The notes beneath the pieces are model-generated. The model saw only the letters and a program-made list of their open reading frames with translations. It searched no databases and was not told the origin of the DNA. Source: Pecten maximus (taxonomy: Eukaryota). From it: DNA of 64,000 bases. Positions 15,401 through 27,400 of the stretch are shown here, one piece after another (the stretch's first letter is position 1; every line of letters begins with the position of its first letter). The stretch covers positions 46,314,001 to 46,378,000 of the forward strand of contig NC_047015.1 in the NCBI RefSeq assembly GCF_902652985.1. Reading direction: 5' to 3'. Position numbers and translations under genes: made by a program.

Positions 15401-18400
15401 ACTTGTTGTGATATACCAAACTACATTCACATTCATACTTGCCTACTTGAAGAACATGTTTCATAACATACGGAGAATTGATAGTTTTCTTTCGTATCTT
15501 TTCTTTCTTTGTGCCATTTTTTTTCTAATACTGGCTTTTCTAATTAGACAACAGGATTCATATGAATGGTGAAAGGACGTTGAATCCCGTGCAAGGAAGC
15601 AAATATAATGTCCTACACCCCGTCCGCCTATGACCCTTGTTGCTGCATGCTGTTAATCCCCAGTAAAAAAGATGCACTAGTATCTACGGCCAGATCAGGT
15701 GTCCCTCATTCCGGAATAGACTCGCTTTATACAATGATAAAGTACCACACGACTTTCAAGGAATATATCAAAGAGGGAATTATGCAATATGGGATAGCCG
15801 CGCATCCGTATGCAATTGACAGAATAATCTTTCATGTCGAATAATTACGACGACAAAGTGTATGGAACTGCATTCCGTCCAAACGTCTTCGTTTCCATAC
15901 AACTGGAAGTCTTTTAGCTGTAAATATCCCTTTAAATGTCAGTGTTAGTCATAGCATTGATCTTTGTTGGCAATAACTCACGTGAGATGGCATTTCCTCA
16001 TTAATCCTTCTACTGGTGTATACTGTCGTTCATTGGTGGCCTGTCGGGTAGCACAGTGGTAACACGCGTGCCTATGACCTAGACCTTGATCGCAGATCTT
16101 ACATTAAAGGAATCGATGGTCACCTATCCGATCATGTGACCTTTCGCTTGACACTCGACCCAGATTGAGAATGTAAATGTATGTAGCATAACCTTTTTCG
16201 TAATGGCTTATTTTAATGGCCTTGTGGTCGGTGTGAAATCTAATGATATTGGACCAAACGCATTAAGTTTTTGAAATCAGTTTGCAAATAATAGTTCAAA
16301 GCATCATTGTATTCAAGCTCTAAATAGAAATGAAATATACACCAACATTAACAAAGAAATGCAGAATAAGAATGCAATAGTTGGGTGTCCCAAAAGGACT
16401 TAACATATTCAATGTATGTTAATAAAGAAGACGAGGTCGAACATGAATATATTCAAATATTCAAATCATTGTTGCTCTAAAATAGTTTAGTAAACACTTT
16501 TCATAAATTGTATGATTTTTTTCAATTTGGAGGTATAGCGGTTTGATACGAGTCTTACACGTACATGAATATATGATTATAGTGTAACATAGATGTGTAC
16601 ATTGATTTTCGGTGGTGGTACAGTTGTCTATTACCTTGTCTATCTAACTTTCATTGTAGAATTTAAAATCATACATACTTAAAAAAAAGTTGCTTTGAAC
16701 CCATACACATTTGTTTGTGTTTTTGAAACCATTTCTGCAAGCATAATATTCTTTCTTTCGATGAACACTTTTCGTTGTGAATCCCGAGTGTTACAGTAAG
16801 TTGTATAACCCAATGTATGGTGTACATATAACGGTATTTAGCTGTTATTTACCCTACCCATGCAAATTACTGCCATCGACATACTCTAGTTATGTCTATC
16901 AGCAGACAGATGGATAAGTGGACATAATTGGTCTGCTCCCTATAAGCTATTATCTGGGACAGAAGATTAAGGCTATGTTTTTGCCACCTAACTACCACCC
17001 AGAGACGTGATAGATAGTGTACTTAGACATAAATACACAGAAATGTTTCACATACATCAATCAGGTTGGGATGTTTTTGCCTTTGTTTCAGGAACTGGCG
17101 ATATGAACAAGATCTGGCAAGCCTTCTGTGGAAAATTGATTATAAAGACATATCGATGCAGAATCAATTTGGTGGCACTATGAACCATATGCTGTCAACG
17201 AACAGGGTAAGATCTCTTGCAACTCGGCGACTTTACTCAATAGCGCCTACAGCAAGGTCTTCTCATATTCGCAAACCGCCAATGATGGCGAAAAATAAAT
17301 GGCCTTCGTTACATTCAACATAACATAATTTCCAGATTTACTTTGGTGTTGTTACTTTTGCCCTGACACGTCAGCAAGTATGTTTTTTCTGGTAACTTCA
17401 TTATTACGCTGAGGTAGATTGCTGCACAGTTGTAAGGGATTCAGCGCCAATTAGATCGCAGCTAATGACAACACATTTCTACTCCACCACGCTTATATAT
17501 TCCAATCACATTTTTAAAATGTTCAAATTGAATACAAGACGCTGTACTACGAACTACTCTTATTTAATTAACTGACATACCTTATTCACTTTTTACTATG
17601 ACTTGTACATTGTATGAACTAACGCACAAATAACATCACTATATCAATATAAACATTATTGCGGATGAGAGGTAATTAAACGACAAAGAGATGTTCTGAT
17701 GGAAACTGTTTGTATCTGTAATATATAATTGTTTTTACAGAAACCAAACAAATATGAATCCTTTGCACGATGACCTAACGACGCATATGACTTAACATAC
17801 TGCGTCATTTTCAGATTCCCCCCCCGTTCACAGCGCCCCCTAGAATCAGATTGTTATTGATAACGTTATTGAAACGACAAGGTCAAAATGTCAAATGTAT
17901 CACTTTTTAGCTTGTGTTTCTTTTCAGAAACAATCTGATGTGACGATAACACCAGTATAATTACATATATAACAATACACGTCTTCTAATCGAGTGTGTC
18001 ATGTTCACATGAAATCTAATTTTGTCTCTGTCAATATCGCTTTGGATAATTTTGCTTCAAACATCCAATGATCAAAGAAATTTAATTTGTTATTATGTTC
18101 CAACAGCGTCACCCTCTTTTGTTAAATGAAAACAGAAAGGGAGAGTTTCGTTATTCGTGAAAAAAACAGGATACAATTTACATAATTTGGACACACAGAA
18201 TCCTACGTGGGTCACCTTTGGAAAAGAGAGGAAAATGTAATAAGAAACACTCGATCATTGTTCTTTAAAATGAACCAATACAAAATCCAAGATTGCAACA
18301 CCGTCTGAAACAAGAAGAAAATACCCGCCCCGTTTGCTCCTTGTTATATCGTGTTGTAAGTTCATATACACACGATAATGAAAATTTATGGCAAGTCATG

Positions 18401-21400
18401 TATGACTATATTCGCTGTGGGGGACATAGCCAAGTAATTGTCAATTTGTCGGCGCTGTGACAAATGCAGATGACAAACATAAATGCACCGTTTACGAGTG
18501 TAATTATCGGCATAGCTAGCTCACAAATATGTACAATATTGCAGTTTATAACCTGCAATTTGTCTGACTGACTTGACTGTGATATGTCGCCAAAGTTAAT
18601 AATAAACGTAATTGTATTACACGATGTGGCCGATGGGACTTTACATTGTGGCAGAAACAAATGCCAAGCTTGATAGGAAAAGAGTTATAATCATGATCAT
18701 AACATACTGTGAATATTGATTCAATGTAGTGCTGTTGATGAGTGGCTTATAGCGTATAGGGCAGGTTTCAAATAAAATACGTGTGATAAACTTACAAGGA
18801 GAATAATCCCAAGTGTTCCGGCATAATAGGCGGTTTCTTTATCACGAAATATCACGTTCTCAAAATAAAAAACAGGGTAGTGACACCAAGACCGCCAAAA
18901 CATCTCCAGAGATGTAGTATATTTTCCAATGTATGAAGTATGTTGACTATGCATACTTGCCATAGCCTTGAATATACGTTTCTCCATCAGCAGCCGAAAT
19001 ATATCACAGCTAGCATGACATTACAACAGAAATGTTATAATCATTTGGAATATGGTAACATATTGACACCATTAACACCATTCAATATGCAATGTATATT
19101 GTCATCCTTAAAGGTGTTACTTCTGGATATCATTAAATTTATGTTAGTCATAAACAATTGTATGGCTCTGTTATTATACGAGGCAGCTTATTGAATTTCA
19201 GCAATAGGGCATTATCTTTATACTGTACGAGCTAGGACGCCACCTCGTCTTCATAATGATATATATTTCAGGTACTGTAAAAATAATGTGTTTGAACATA
19301 ATTAGTTTTCGTTTTCATTTTCATTCTTAATAGTAAAAAAATATGATAGAATGGAATTGCTTCGCAATGACGAGGTAATGCAATTTATTACATCCCCAGC
19401 ATAAATTTAACAATACGATAATTTCGGAGTCTTGCGGGGTACAGTGGAGAGTCAGTATTTTAAGGGTCTGTTTCCGGTACCATTCGAGGCGTGCTTCTTT
19501 TATTGTCATAAAACACCACTTGATGTCGTTTTATGAACGAAGAGATTTGCCAAAGGCTTTCCAGGATAATGCTCCTGAAAATGTTTAAATACAATTTGAG
19601 CTATTCCGAGGATCCTTTCTCATCGTTCCGTTGATTTAAAAAGCAATTAAGTCAATGATTGAACCCACTACATCACCAAGAGATTCACCCACAGCACAAT
19701 CAACGGCAAGACATTATATTGGAATGTTGCTCGGCAAATGCGTTGACATGGTCAGTTCATGCTGCACCACATAGAAACAAGATGTGTATACCAATTGATA
19801 TCGTCTTGTCATGTAGGGTAGGTCTTAACACTCGCGATGTCAAGTTAGACAAAATGGAACAGATAACAGTAGAACAGACAGAATAATGGCCAGAAGTGTT
19901 AGAATGAAGACTAAAAGTACAGGGCAAGAGAGTGATTTTGAAGTAATTGCCTCAGTTGATCATGTAGAGAAGACGGTGATGAAGTAGATAATTGGTACAT
20001 ACAATTAGATCTTACGGTTAGATACTGGTGACAGACCTGTTTTAATATATGTTTTAGACGAGGATTGGAAGAGCTACAAGTCAAATATCGTTAGGATCCC
20101 AGAACGAGATTGACTTTCGGCAACTGTTTACAAAGGTCGGGACGTACCGAGGGACAATAGCCGCCATTCGTATTGTCAACAAAAAGAACGTGGAATTAAC
20201 TCGCAATGTCAGGAAGGAACTCAAATTGGTAAATTGGCTTTACTTGATGCACATATAAAGTACAACCAATAACATATAGCTTACATCGTAAATACAGTAC
20301 TAAAAGGAATAAAGACCAGCATTCTATAGCAATATATGCCTAGTTACACAAACAAATATGCTAATATGTAAACACTTTGAGCCCTTGAACAATGTTCATG
20401 TGTACAGCCTTTACAAGATGTTGACATCGCAGTATTTTATACTTTCGTTTCTTGCAGATTTACCAGGTTTTTAGACGGGTGATATAAATAATCAGTTTCA
20501 GTGTAATTTTTTACCGATATACAGGGAGGTAACTCCAACTTTCTTGTGCTAGTATTCTCTAATTTTCTTGTAGGTAAAATGTTAATTGTACGACTGGGAA
20601 CTCTATGGTTTATTTTATTCTTTGTAGATGCGTGAATTACGACACGATAACATTAATCCATTTATCGGAGCTTGTATTGATTCTCCTCACATACTGATAG
20701 TGTCCGCCTACTGCCCGAGGGGTAGTCTACAGGTAAATATCGGGGTTAATGGCGTTGTGTCGGATTGTGTCCGCCTACTGCCCGAGGGGTAGTCTACAGG
20801 TAAATATCGGGTTAACGACGTCATGTCGGATTGTGTCCGCCTACTGCCCGAGGGGTAGTCTACAGGTAAATATCGGGTTAACGACGTCATGTCGGATTGT
20901 GTCCGCCTACTGCCCGAGGGGTAGTCTACAGGTAAATATCGGGTTAACGACGTCATGTCGGATTGTGTCCGCCTACTGCCCGAGGGGTAGTCTACAGGTA
21001 AATATCGGGTTAACGACGTCATGTCGGATTGTGTCCGCCTACTGCCCGAGGGGTAGTCTACAGGTAAATATCGGGTTAACGACGTCATGTCGGATTGTGT
21101 CCGCCTACTGCCCGAGGGGTAGTCTACAGGTAAATATCGGGTTAACGACGTCATGTCGGATTGTGTCCGCCTACTGCCCGATGGGTAGTCTACAGGTAAA
21201 TATCTGGTTAACGACGTCATGTCGGATTGTGTCCGCCTACTGCCCGAGGGGTAGTCTCCAGGTAAATATCTGGTTAACGACGTCATGTCGGATTGTGTCC
21301 GCCTACTGCCCGAGGGGTAGTCTCGGGTTAACGACGTCATGTCGGATTTTGTCCGCCTACTGCCCGAGGGGTAGTCTACATGTAAATATCTGGTTAACGA

Positions 21401-24400
21401 CGTCATGTCGGATTGTGTCCGCCTACTGCCCGAGGGGTAGTCTACAGGTAAATATCGGGGTTAACGACGTCATGTGGGATTGTGTCCGCCTACTGCCCGA
21501 GGGGGTAGTCTACATGTAAATATCTGGTTAACGACGTCATGTCGGATTGTGTCCGCCTACTGCCCGAGGGGTAGTCTACAGGTAAATATCGGGTTAACGA
21601 CGTCATGTCGGATCGTGTCCGCCTACTGCCCGAGGGGTAGTCTCCAGGTAAATATCGGGTTAACGACGTCATGTCGGATTGTGTCCGTCTACTGCCCGAG
21701 GGGTAGTCTACAGGTAAATATCGGGGTTAACGACGTCATGTCGGATTGTGTCCGCCTACTGCCCGAGGGGGTAGTCTACATGTAAATATCTGGTTAACGA
21801 CGTCATGTCGGATTGTGTCCGCCTACTGCCCGAGGGGGTAGTCTACATGTAAATATCTGGTTAACGACGTCATGTCGGATTGTGTCCGCCTACTGCCCGA
21901 GGGGTAGTCTACATGTAAATATCTGGTTAACGACGTCATGTCGGATTGTGTCCGCCTACTGCCCGAGGGGTAGTCTACAGGTAAATATCTGGTTAACGAC
22001 GTCATGTCGGATTGTGTCCGCCTACTGCCCGAGGGGTAGTCTACAGGTAAATATCTGGTTAACGACGTCATGTCGGATTGTGTCCGCCTACTGCCCGAGG
22101 GGTAGTCTACAGGTAAATATCGGGTTAACGACGTCATGTCGGTATGTACATGTATTAGACTTTGAATGCTTTTAACTTTTTTAACTATAAACTAATCATG
22201 AATTTAAATCGCAAGACAATTTTATCAATTGATAATTATAGAAAAACATATCCATATTTAATATGTATTACATGTATACACGAAACGTCTATATGCATTA
22301 GTAATTCTCCTCATCGCCAAGTTACCGGTCCTATTGAAATGTAATGTCAACAAATCTAATATGTATTCTAATCGATACAAACCAGTTCACGAATTAAGTC
22401 CCCTGGAAGGAAATTATGGCAGTATAATGATTTTACACTGCACAGTGTAGGAAACTTTTTTTGATGGGCCTAATTGTTGCAATTAAATAAAAATGTTTAT
22501 ATATCATTGTACTGTAATGAACCTTACAATCTTGTTTTACAGGACATTTTGGAGAATGATGATCTTCAGTTAGACAGCATGTTTATAGCGTCACTAGTAT
22601 TTGATATCATCAGGGTAAGTGTTTGTCCACCTAGTATTTGATATCATCAGGGTAAGTGTCTGTCCACCTAGTATGTGATACCATCAGGGTAAGTGTCTGT
22701 CCACCTAGTATTTGAAACCATCAGGGTAAGTGTCTGTCCACCTAGTATTTGATACCATCAGGGTAAGTGTCTGTCCCACCTAGTATTTGATACCATCAGG
22801 GTAAGTGTCTGTCCACCTAGTATTTGATACCATCAGGGTAAGTGTCTGTCCCACCTAGTATTTGATACCATCAGGGTAAGTGTCTGTCCACCTAGTATTT
22901 GATACCATCAGGGTAAGTGTCTGTCCACCTAGTATTTGATACCATCAGGGTAAGTGTCTGTCCACCTAGTATTTGATACCATCAGGGTAAGTGTCTGTCC
23001 ACCTAGTAATTGATACCATCAGGGTAAGTGTCTGTCCACCTAGTATTTGATACCATCAGGGTAAGTGTCTGTCCACCTAGTATTTGATATCATCAGGGTA
23101 AGTGTCTGTCCACCTAGTATTTGATACCATCAGGGTAAGTGTTTGTCCACCTAGTATTTGATACCATCAGGGTAAGTGTCTGTCCACCTAGTATTTGATA
23201 CCATCAGGGTAAGTGTCTGTCCACCTAGTATTTGATATCATCAGGGTAAGTGTCTGTCCACCTAGTATTTGATACCATCAGGGTAAGTGTCTGTCCACCT
23301 AGTATTTGATATCATCAGGGTAAGTGTCTGTCCACCTAGTATTTGATACCATCAGGGTAAGTGTCTGTCCCAGTAATATTTGATACCATCAGGGTAAGTG
23401 TCTGTCCACCTAGTATTTGATACCATCAGGGTAAGTGTCTGTCCACCTAGTATTTGATACCATCAGGGTAAGTGTCTGTCCACCTAGTATTTGATATCAT
23501 CAGGGTAAGTGTCTGTCCACCTAGTATTTGATATCATCAGGGTAAGTGTCTGTCCACCTAGTATTTGATACCATCAGGGTAAGTGTCTGTCCACCTAGTA
23601 TTTGATACCATCAGGGTAAGTGTCTGTCCACCTAGTATTTGATATCATCAGGGTAAGTGTCTGTCCACCTAGTATTTGATATCATCAGGGTAAGTGTCTG
23701 TCCACCTAGTATTTGATACAATCAGGGTAAGTGTCTGTCCACCTAGTATTTGATATCATCAGGGTAAGTGTCTGTCCACCTAGTATTTGATACCATCAGG
23801 GTAAGTGTCTGTCCACCTAGTATTTGATATCATCAGGGTAAGTGTCTGTCCACCTAGTATTGATATCATCAGGGTAAGTGTCTGTCCACCTAGTATTTGA
23901 TACCATCAGGGTAAGTGTCTGTCCCACTAGTATTTGATATCATCAGGGTAAGTGTCTGTCCACCTAGTATTTGATACCATCAGGGTAAGTGTCTGTCCCA
24001 CTAGTATTTGATATCAATCAGGGTAAGTGTCTGTCCACCTAGTATTTGATACCATCAGGGTAAGTGTCTGTCCACCTAGTATTTGATACCATCAGGGTAA
24101 GTGTCTGTCCACCTAGTATTTGATACCATCAGGGTAAGTGTCTGTCCACCTAGTATTTGATACCATCAGGGTAAGTGTCTGTCCACCTAGTATTTGATAT
24201 CATCAGGGTAAGTGTTTGTCCCACTAGTATTTGATACCATCAGGGTAAGTGTCTGTCCACCTAGTATTTTATATCATCAGGGTAAGTGTCTGTCCACCTA
24301 ATATATTAAAATCCCCTTATGTTGGTTTCGTGTTTCCTTACTGTATTTTTCAATGATATGTATAGAGACATTTATATTACAAACGGCCGTGATTGAATAT

Positions 24401-27400
24401 TTCTATTGATAAAGTAATCCGTCCGTTCGTCCGTCCGCCCATTAATTCATGAACTTAGAAGTAGTTATGTACAATATTGTTACATATATTTTGTAAGTAT
24501 ATAGTATTGAGATATATTATATTTAATAAATATGTTCTATACGCGTTACCATACTACAGCTCATTCGTTCTCTTTTATTATACGATATAGTTGTTAATCA
24601 AATACTTATATCCCTGCATATAAAATGTATATGTTTTAGTGAAGCCAGACGGATATCAGTCAATCGTGAATAAATTACACAATGCTATTGCATTGAGCCA
24701 ATATTTTTCGTTCAAATAATCAAATCTTTAAAACGTAAATGTGGGTAATTCATTTTCTTTGTCACGAAGTCACCTTAGTTTCTAGATACCGATGAAATCA
24801 ATGGTATTGTATGTAAACAATTTGTTTTATCTCAGGGAATGATATACCTTCACGGCAGTGAGATCCGTTACCATGGTAAACTTCGGTCCTCTAACTGTGT
24901 AGTGGACAGTCGGTGGGTGGTCAAAATCACGGACTTTGGACTCAACGAATTTGTTGCTGGAGCAGAGGAGAACTTTGAAGAATATGCATACTACAGAAGT
25001 AAGACTATATAAAGATTATATGTTTCGGTTTGGTTTTGTATTGTTTAACATCCTATCAACATCGATGGATGCATGCGTGTAATGTATGCTTTAGGAGGCT
25101 GTGGTGTGTTCGTGTTTGTAGTGATACCTCATAGAGAATATATAGTGCCGAGGAAACCAAGGACACCTTACCCGGTCACATATACTGACAACGGGTGAAC
25201 CAGTCGTCCCACTCTCAAATACAGAAATATTTAATCGTTGATTTCCAGCGTTAATGAAGAAAAATAGTTAATACCCTTTTTGAACACCATGATTTGCGAT
25301 CATTTGAATATTTTGACTAACACTTAAAAAAGAATTATTAACAACTGTGACCAGCCCACACATGACACTTCTTGCACTATATGTATACCATATACTCATT
25401 TACATGGCAGAGTAAAATATCTTGTTCAAAGATATATTCAACACAGCATCCTACTGCTGAAATACCCTTCCTTCCTTCCTTCCTTCCTTCCTTCCTTCCT
25501 TCCTTCCTTCCTTCCTTCCTTCCTTCCTTCCTTCCTTCCTTCCTTCCTTCGCAAAACCCCAACCTTCTCATTAAGCGGTAAAATGCGACCTTTAATGTTG
25601 ATCGATGATATCAAAAGATTACGGATGTTATGTTGTGAATATGAACAAAATTCTCCCAAGTGTTCAGGAGATAACTTGTGCACAAGCTTTGCACGGACAG
25701 AAAAACGCAGATAATACAAACACATATATATTCCCCGTTTACAACGTAAGAGTATAATAAGGGAAATTACGTCATATCCGTTTTCTTATTACAGTCTTTA
25801 CACTATGAGAAACGCTAATACAATCAAAGTGAAATAATTTTGGATTTTTATAGCTGTGTCACCTTTTTCAGATTTGCTTTGGTTAGCTCCAGAGATATTA
25901 CGCAGGAATAAATTGAGACGAATTTCCGGTACACAGGTAGGAGATGTGTACTCCTTCGCCATTATACTATACGAAATCCACAGCCGCAGAGGACCATATG
26001 GTAACACAACACTATCACCTAAAGGTACGCTACTCCTATACTAACTCATGTCATTTCTACATCCCAAGTAGATATTTGTTTAAATACGAGTTTAAACTAT
26101 TGTACTCGTATCCAATTAATTATCTCAAATGCAAACAAGTTAAATATATAAATTCAATTAAAGAGATGTGAGTTTATTACAGTGTTCGTGCATCTTAAAC
26201 AATTATCAGTTTTGAAATATCACATAAGGTAAAGGGTGACAATATTAATGGCGAGTTATATGACTGTAATTACAGTTAATCCATAAGTGAGATAAATACA
26301 TCAACAGAGACATAAGTTTAGTCAGAATAGCTGGCATTTATCAGATTCAATAATTATCTATCAAGGAGTGTAGTCCAAGTCGAAAACAGATTTGAAATCA
26401 AATGCATTGCCTGTGATGATCTGTGCCAATGCATATAAGTAGATTATTATTTTTTTTATGTACTATAACAGAAATAATCAAGCGTGTAGCCTCCGCCACC
26501 ATTGACCCCCCATTTCGTCCCCGCCTTGCCGAGCTGGATACTACGCCCAAGTTTGTCACGGATGTGATCAAGGAGTGTTGGGACGAGGACCCTTTCAAAC
26601 GACCAGACTTTAAGACAATAAGAACCAAACTGAAACCTCTACAAAAAGGAATGTACGTATTAGGACTTTTTAAAAAATATTTCCGTACAGTAATCCATAT
26701 GCAGTGTCTACTTATACTCGCGAAATGTTTATAGTTAAAAGTCAAAGTACACGACACACTGAGATACATGTAAACACCTTAAGGTCGTTACAGCCAGTGA
26801 CCAATACATTTTGGATATCGCAATCTTTTGTTATCCTCCCTCTTTTCAATGCATTTTATCAATGCTCATTGCAACACAATTTAGTAGTTCCTCCATCTTT
26901 GCAACTTCGACAGGTTCCCTGTTGTCAAGCAGCACACGTACAGAATAGCATGGTGACGTTCGGGTTTTTCTCGATAGCTGGTCACGACGCAATGCTCAAA
27001 CTTGCAATATATTAGGATCATTGTTTAAATACTATGTTTGCTTATCAAGTTTAAAAAAAATACGACTTTTAATTATATTTAGATTGTAAAATTTGCTTAT
27101 CTGTACATATTGTAGAGCCTCATTCATAATATGTGCAATTAGCCCGAATTTATATGGTTTTTGTTTGATCTATGAATAGGAAACCCAACATTTTCGACAA
27201 TATGATCGCCATTATGGAAAAATACGCCAGTAACCTTGAAGCTGTAGTGGAAGAACGGACTGATCAACTGATTGAAGAAAAGAAGAAGACGGAGGAACTG
27301 CTACAACAAATGCTTCCAAGGTAAAAACACATATTGGATGTTTAAAGCTGACGTGTTCAGAACGATACCTTGGACGAATGGTTTTGCCTCAATTTATATA

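Noticed and set aside
20708-22175. Long repetitive ORFs on both strands (up to 256 aa)
   Set aside because: Consequence of a 66-bp unit lacking stops; no independent start, splice or homology support.
22594-24300. 37-bp repeat array as CRISPR
   Set aside because: Units are contiguous with no unique spacers, there are no cas genes, the context is a eukaryotic intron and the unit derives from the exon junction.
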